Below are positions 59,057-64,000 of a stretch of 64,000 nt of DNA, piece after piece (the stretch's first letter is position 1; the number at the start of each line of letters is the position of its first letter). The notes beneath the pieces are model-generated. The model saw only the letters and a program-made list of their open reading frames with translations. It was not told the DNA's origin and did not search any database. A program made the translations under genes and the position numbers. The DNA comes from Thermoplasmata archaeon (lineage in GTDB: Archaea; Thermoplasmatota; SW-10-69-26; JACQPN01; JAJPHT01). Location of the stretch: the NCBI GenBank assembly GCA_034667685.1, contig JAXDQU010000008.1, positions 1-64,000 of the forward strand, written 5' to 3'.

Positions 59057-59136
59057 ATGCGTGTCTTCGTGGCGCTCCCTTCCCGACACCGCGCATCCGA
59101 GCCATCCGCGGATTCCGGGATTCTCGGTGTCGGGAA
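59057..59136 (-). repeat. Dispersed ~80-bp hairpin repeat, copy B
   Basis: Reverse complement of 45300-45378 with a few substitutions. Confidence 0.8.
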
Positions 59137-59203
59137 CGGATCGGCTGGCCAACGACCGCGGGCCGGCGCGAGCCTTATCCGGGCTCGCGGTGTGCGCGGC
59201 CCC

Positions 59204-59968
59204 ATGCAGGCCATCGGGGCGGGCGACCTCGTCGCGCTCATGGACGAGGAGGGCACGCGCACGCTGGTCCGCGCGGAGGGGGCGCCGCAGAAGCTGCGCG
59301 GCGTGGGCATCCTGGCCGGCGAGCGCCTCGTGGGCCTCGCATGGGGCGCCGCGTTCGCGCACGGGAGCAAGACGTTCCGGCTGCTCCGCCCGGGTGTCGG
59401 CGACCTCACGATGGGCCTGGCGCGCAAGGCGCAGATCGTGCTGCCCAAGGACGCGAGCCGCATCCTCTTCGAGTGCGACGTCCGGGCGGGCGCGCGGATC
59501 GTCGAGGCGGGCATCGGAAGCGGCGCGCTCACCACCGCGCTCGCCTGGGCCGTCGCGCCCACCGGCCGCGTGTTCACCTACGAGATCCGCCCCGACTTCA
59601 TCCAATGGGCCCAGCGCAACCTGGACGAGAGCGGCCTCTCCGCCTTCGTCGAGATCAAGGAGGGTGATATCACCAAGGCCATCGCGGAGCGCGACGTCGA
59701 CGCGGTGATCCTCGACCTTCCGAATCCCTGGGACGCGGTCCCCGTCGCCAAGGCCGCGCTGCGGGGCGACGGCCACCTCTGCGCCTACTCGCCCCTCGTC
59801 TCGCAGGTCGAGCAGACGCACGCCGCGCTCCGGCAGCACGGCTTCGTCGACGTCCGGACGCTGGAGATCATCGAGCGCCGCTGGACCGTGGGCGAGCGTG
59901 GGAGCCGGCCCGACCACGAGATGCTGGGGCATACTGCGTGGCTCACGTTCGCGCGGAACGCGGTCTGA
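59204..59968 (+). CDS. trmI: tRNA (adenine-N1)-methyltransferase
   Basis: RKAQIVLPKD, EAGIGSGALT, TYEIR, LDLPNPW, YSP...Q, RP...GHT. Confidence 0.92.
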   Translation: MQAIGAGDLVALMDEEGTRTLVRAEGAPQKLRGVGILAGERLVGLAWGAAFAHGSKTFRLLRPGVGDLTMGLARKAQIVLPKDASRILFECDVRAGARIVEAGIGSGALTTALAWAVAPTGRVFTYEIRPDFIQWAQRNLDESGLSAFVEIKEGDITKAIAERDVDAVILDLPNPWDAVPVAKAALRGDGHLCAYSPLVSQVEQTHAALRQHGFVDVRTLEIIERRWTVGERGSRPDHEMLGHTAWLTFARNAV

Positions 59969-59986
59969 TGACGGGTCGCCTCCGGC

Positions 59987-60058
59987 GGGAAAGGGCGGAA
60001 TCTCAGGATCTCGGAAATCTCCGCCTGATTCTGAGATTCGGAGATTCCGTCCTTTCCC
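59987..60058. repeat. Intergenic inverted repeat with (A)ATCTC units
   Basis: gggaaagggcggaatctc ... gagattccgtcctttccc. Confidence 0.75.
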
Positions 60059-60127
60059 ACGCGGAGCGCGCCGGGGCCTCACCGCCCGTGCGCAAAACGT
60101 GATACGGCACCCCCATTTCGCGCGCAC

Positions 60128-61945
60128 GTGGCCGACTCGGCGCACAAGGACCGCCTCCGCGACTTCTCCACCGACAAGCGCACGCTGCTCCTGTGCGCGC
60201 TGGCCCTCGTGGTCGGCCTCGCCGCGACGCTGCTGGCCTTCGCCCTCTCGTGGCTGATCGGCACCGTCACCAACCTCGTCTTCTACCAGCGCTGGCGCCA
60301 CGACCTCGTCTCGCCGGGCGACGCGCACCTCGGGCTCTGGATCCTCGTCATTCCCGTGCTGGGCGGCCTCGTCATTGGCCTCATGGCGCGCTACGGCAGC
60401 GAGAAGATCCGCGGCCATGGCATCCCGGAGGCGCTGGAGAGCATCCTCCTGCGCGGCAGCCGCGTCGAGCCGAAAGTAACAGTCCTCAAGCCCGCGAGCG
60501 CCGCGATCAGCATCGGCACCGGCGGCCCCTTCGGCGCGGAAGGCCCCATCATCATGACGGGCGGCGCCTCCGGCTCGCTCTTCGCGCAGTTCCTCAAGCT
60601 CACCGCCGCCGAGCGCAAGACGCTCTTGGTCGCGGGCGCGGCGGCCGGCATGAGCGCGACGTTCGGCGCCCCCCTCGCCGCGACGCTCCTGGCCGTCGAG
60701 CTCCTTCTCTTCGAATGGAAGCCGCGCAGCCTCCTGCCCGTCGCGCTGGCCAGCGTCGAGGCGAGCCTGCTGCGCGTGCCGCTCCTGGGCCCGGGCCCGC
60801 TCTTCCCCGTCGCCGCGCACGCCGCCGTCCCCTGGCAAGGCGTCGTCCTCGCGCTGGGCCTGGGCGTCGCCGCCGGATTGCTATCAGCCCTCCTCACGAA
60901 GCTCGTCTACCTCTTCGAGGACCTCTTCCAGAGGCTTCCGATCCACTGGATGTGGTGGCCCGCGATCGGCGGCCTCGCCATCGGGATCGGCGGCCTCGTC
61001 GAGCCCAAGGCGCTCGGCGTGGGCTACGACGTCATCGGCGGAATGCTATCCGGAAGCCTCCTGGGCACGGCGATCCTCGCCCTTCTCGTGACGAAGGTGC
61101 TCATCTGGAGCTTCTCGCTGGGCAGCGGCACCTCGGGCGGCGTGCTCGCACCGCTCCTCATGATGGGCGCCGCGCTGGGCGCTCTCCTGGGCCCGCTCCT
61201 GCCGGTGGGCACGCCGGCGATCTGGGCGCTCGTCGCGATGGCGGGCATCATGGGCGGCACGATGCGCGTCCCGTTCACGGGCGTCTTCTTCGCGCTGGAG
61301 CTGACGCACGACTGGACGCTCGCCGTGCCGATCTTCGTCGCGTGCCTCGCCGCCTACGGCACGACCGTGCTCCTGGTGCGCCGCAGCATCCTCACCGAGA
61401 AGCTCGCGCGCCGCGGCCACCACGTCATGCGCGAGTACGTCGTCGACCCGCTCGACATGCTGCGCGCCCACGAGGTCATGACGCCGGACGTGCAGGCGCT
61501 CCCCGCGAGCATGCCCGTCGCGGACGCGATCGACTTCTTCCGCGGCACCGAGAAGGAGCCCGGCCGCCGCCCGCGCGTCCACCAGGGCTACCCCGTCGTC
61601 GACGCCGAGGGACGCCTCGTCTCCGTCGTGACGCGCCGCGACGCGCTCGAATGGGCGCTCCAGCCCGTGCGCGCGGGCGAGACGCTCGCCGACCGCGCGC
61701 CCCCGCGCCTCCACACCATCGCCTCCGGCGCGCCCGCCAGCGAGGCCGCCAGCGTCATGGCGCGCGCCGGCGTCGGCCGCCTCCCCGTCCTCGACGAGCA
61801 GGGCAAGCTCGTGGGCATCCTCACGCGCACCGACCTCCTCGAAGGCCGCCTGCGCCGCATCCTCGAAGAGACGGACCGCGAGCGCGTGCTCAGGACGGGT
61901 GTTTCCGTGCTGCGCGATCGTTACCTCAAGCCGCTCGTGGAGTAG
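60128..61945 (+). CDS. CLC family chloride channel/antiporter with CBS domains (second paralog)
   Basis: RGHGIPEA, GGPFGAEGP, GTSGGVLAP, CBS pair. Confidence 0.92.
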   Translation: MADSAHKDRLRDFSTDKRTLLLCALALVVGLAATLLAFALSWLIGTVTNLVFYQRWRHDLVSPGDAHLGLWILVIPVLGGLVIGLMARYGSEKIRGHGIPEALESILLRGSRVEPKVTVLKPASAAISIGTGGPFGAEGPIIMTGGASGSLFAQFLKLTAAERKTLLVAGAAAGMSATFGAPLAATLLAVELLLFEWKPRSLLPVALASVEASLLRVPLLGPGPLFPVAAHAAVPWQGVVLALGLGVAAGLLSALLTKLVYLFEDLFQRLPIHWMWWPAIGGLAIGIGGLVEPKALGVGYDVIGGMLSGSLLGTAILALLVTKVLIWSFSLGSGTSGGVLAPLLMMGAALGALLGPLLPVGTPAIWALVAMAGIMGGTMRVPFTGVFFALELTHDWTLAVPIFVACLAAYGTTVLLVRRSILTEKLARRGHHVMREYVVDPLDMLRAHEVMTPDVQALPASMPVADAIDFFRGTEKEPGRRPRVHQGYPVVDAEGRLVSVVTRRDALEWALQPVRAGETLADRAPPRLHTIASGAPASEAASVMARAGVGRLPVLDEQGKLVGILTRTDLLEGRLRRILEETDRERVLRTGVSVLRDRYLKPLVE

Positions 61946-62128
61946 GGTCCCTTCCGCTCCCGAGTCCTCTTCCACTTCGTCGGAGCCTGGAAGCGAAGAA
62001 TGAGGGGGGCTATCCCAGTCGAAGGCGAGGTTCAAGGCGTTCCAGGAGAAGACGACCATCCCTGTTGTAACTTCATCAAGCCAACGGTAAGTATCAGATG
62101 CTCAGGCGGTCATCCACGATTGTTTCTC

Positions 62129-62554
62129 ATGTGGCGGGGCGAAAAGAAGCGAATTACACTGAAGGACGACCTCACGCGCTACCATTCTCACCTCAAGCCG
62201 GGCGTTCGCGGCTGGCTTCTGCCGAACGTGAGGGTCGGCGAGTGGGGCGGCTTCGATCATTTTGGGGCCGTGGAGTTTGATTGTTGCAGCGCTCGGCTCG
62301 ACGTGGTCCTGAGGGGACTCGATATCGAAGGTGCCGAAGCAGATGCGGCCGCGCGAGAAGCCAAGTTCCGCGAAGAACTCAAGACCACGACCCGTGCCAT
62401 CCTCACGGTCGGCCCGCGCGGTGGTTTCCGCTCCCTTAGCGTCGAATACTCCGGAGGCCATCTCGGAATTGGCTTCCGCGAGAAAGGCGAACGCACGCTC
62501 CAAATCCTCCAGGAACATGGAATCAAAGTCGAGCGCCGGGTCGAACCGAAGTAG
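62129..62554 (+). CDS. Hypothetical protein, lower GC
   Basis: ORF in an atypical-composition segment; start uncertain (62000 possible). Confidence 0.5.
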   Translation: MWRGEKKRITLKDDLTRYHSHLKPGVRGWLLPNVRVGEWGGFDHFGAVEFDCCSARLDVVLRGLDIEGAEADAAAREAKFREELKTTTRAILTVGPRGGFRSLSVEYSGGHLGIGFREKGERTLQILQEHGIKVERRVEPK

Positions 62555-62662
62555 GACGCAGAGCCAACCCCGTCTTTGTGTTCGGCCTGGACCGCGCTCG
62601 GAATCGGAAGAGGAATCGGAATCGGACAGAACCCTTTTGACCTGGACTCCGGTGGGGTCTTC

Positions 62663-63922
62663 ATGACCCCGGTGAAGCGTTTCCCCGCCGCGACCCGCCT
62701 GCGCCACATGGAGGCGCCCATCCGCGACGTCCTGGGCCCGGCGCGCGAGCTGGAGCGCCAGGGGCACAAGGTCCTCAAGCTCAACATCGGCGACCCGGAC
62801 GCCTATGATTTCGTCCCGCCCGTTCCGCTCTCCGACGCGCTGCGCGACGCCGCGACCCTCGGACGCTACGCAGACAGCGAAGGGCAGCCGGACGTGCGCG
62901 TGGCCATCGCCAAGTACGAGAAGGAGATGCGCGGGCTGGACCTGAAGCCGGAAGATATCATCTTCACCGCGGGCGTCAGCGAGGCGCTATCGTTCCTCTT
63001 CGGCGCGCTCCTGGAGCCGGGCGACGAGATCCTCGTGCCGGGCCCCGCCTACCCGCAGTACCTGGGCGTCACGTCGTTCTACGGCGCGGTGCCCGTCGAG
63101 TACCCCAGCACGCCGCAGAACGGCTGGCTCCCCCGGATCGAGGAGATCGCCGCGCGCGTCACGCCGCGCACCAAGGCCATCGCGGTCATCTCGCCCAACA
63201 ACCCGACCGGGTGCGTCTACCCCAAGCCGCTGCTCGCGCAGATCGCCAAGCTCGCCCGCGAGCGCAACCTCGTGCTCATCTCGGACGACATCTACAGCGA
63301 GCTGGTCTTCGAAGGCGAGGTCGCCCCCTCGCTCGCCCAGGAGCCCGGCCCGTGCATCATCCTCAACGGCTTCAGCAAGAATTGGCTCGTGCCCGGCTGG
63401 CGCGCGGGCTACGTCGCGTTCAAGGACGAGGACGGCTCGCTCGCTGATATCAAAGAAGGCGTGCTCAAGCAGGCGCGCTCCCGCCTCTCGGCGAGCTACC
63501 CCATCCAGATCGCGCTGGCCCACGCGCTCCAGGCGCACGCGGCCCACGTGCCCGACCTGCGCCGCCGCCTGCGCGAGCGCGCCGAGATCGTCGTGAAGCG
63601 CGTCGCCGAGACGGACAACCTCGCGTTGGCCCGGCCGCAGGGCGCCTTCTACGCGCTCGTGGGCATCCGCGGCCTCTACCCCGAGCAGGTCATGGAGGGG
63701 GACGCCGCGCCGGCGAAGCCGTGGAAGCCGCACAACGACTTCCCTACCGACAAGGAGTGGGTCCTCGGGCTGCTGCGCGAGGAGAAGGTGCTCGTCGTGC
63801 ACGGCAGCGGCTTCGGCCAGAGCGCCGCGGGCCACTTCCGCACCGTGATCCTGCCCCCGCCCGAGACGCTCCACGAGGCGTTCGACCGCATCATCCGCTT
63901 CGCGAACAAGCACGCCAAGTAG
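62663..63922 (+). CDS. Class I/II PLP-dependent aminotransferase (AlaA-like)
   Basis: LKLNIGDP, GVSE, PNNPTG, SDDIY, NGFSKNWLVPGWRAG, VHGSGFG, FR. Confidence 0.92.
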   Translation: MTPVKRFPAATRLRHMEAPIRDVLGPARELERQGHKVLKLNIGDPDAYDFVPPVPLSDALRDAATLGRYADSEGQPDVRVAIAKYEKEMRGLDLKPEDIIFTAGVSEALSFLFGALLEPGDEILVPGPAYPQYLGVTSFYGAVPVEYPSTPQNGWLPRIEEIAARVTPRTKAIAVISPNNPTGCVYPKPLLAQIAKLARERNLVLISDDIYSELVFEGEVAPSLAQEPGPCIILNGFSKNWLVPGWRAGYVAFKDEDGSLADIKEGVLKQARSRLSASYPIQIALAHALQAHAAHVPDLRRRLRERAEIVVKRVAETDNLALARPQGAFYALVGIRGLYPEQVMEGDAAPAKPWKPHNDFPTDKEWVLGLLREEKVLVVHGSGFGQSAAGHFRTVILPPPETLHEAFDRIIRFANKHAK

Positions 63923-64000
63923 GTCAGACGGCCCCGCCGCGCGCGGGCGCCTTGACGTGGAGCGCCGCGCGCAGCACGACCGCGGTCGCCTCGGCGACGA

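Overview
High-GC (about 70% by eye) archaeal chromosomal segment, most likely Thermoplasmatota (inferred, not searched). The evidence is an archaeal phosphopantothenate synthetase, a PIN-ATPase-KH (PINA) protein, Hjc, the RNase J-GGPP synthase pair, a stand-alone Rib7-type reductase, archaeal SRP RNA and CCA-less tRNAs, alongside bacterial-type gyrA, ribA and two-component genes. Housekeeping genes alternate with many secreted, lipoprotein and Cys-rich genes. There is no CRISPR array, transposase, integrase or reverse transcriptase. Main observations: (1) a half-length protein closely resembling one half of eukaryotic deoxyhypusine hydroxylase (DOHH), an enzyme not established in archaea; (2) a strongly over-represented dispersed octamer, TGATATCA/TGCTATCA/TGATAGCA, embedded in coding sequence through otherwise rare codons; (3) a cluster of small secreted Cys-rich peptides with a metzincin-like protease and two small membrane proteins, a candidate archaeocin-like locus; (4) a Phi-1/EXORDIUM-like domain split by one five-repeat block and followed by a second; (5) several families of intergenic palindromes, a CTAG-flanked MITE and a tRNA-Arg 3'-end duplication. 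All family assignments are from motif recognition without database searches, and start codons are best guesses.
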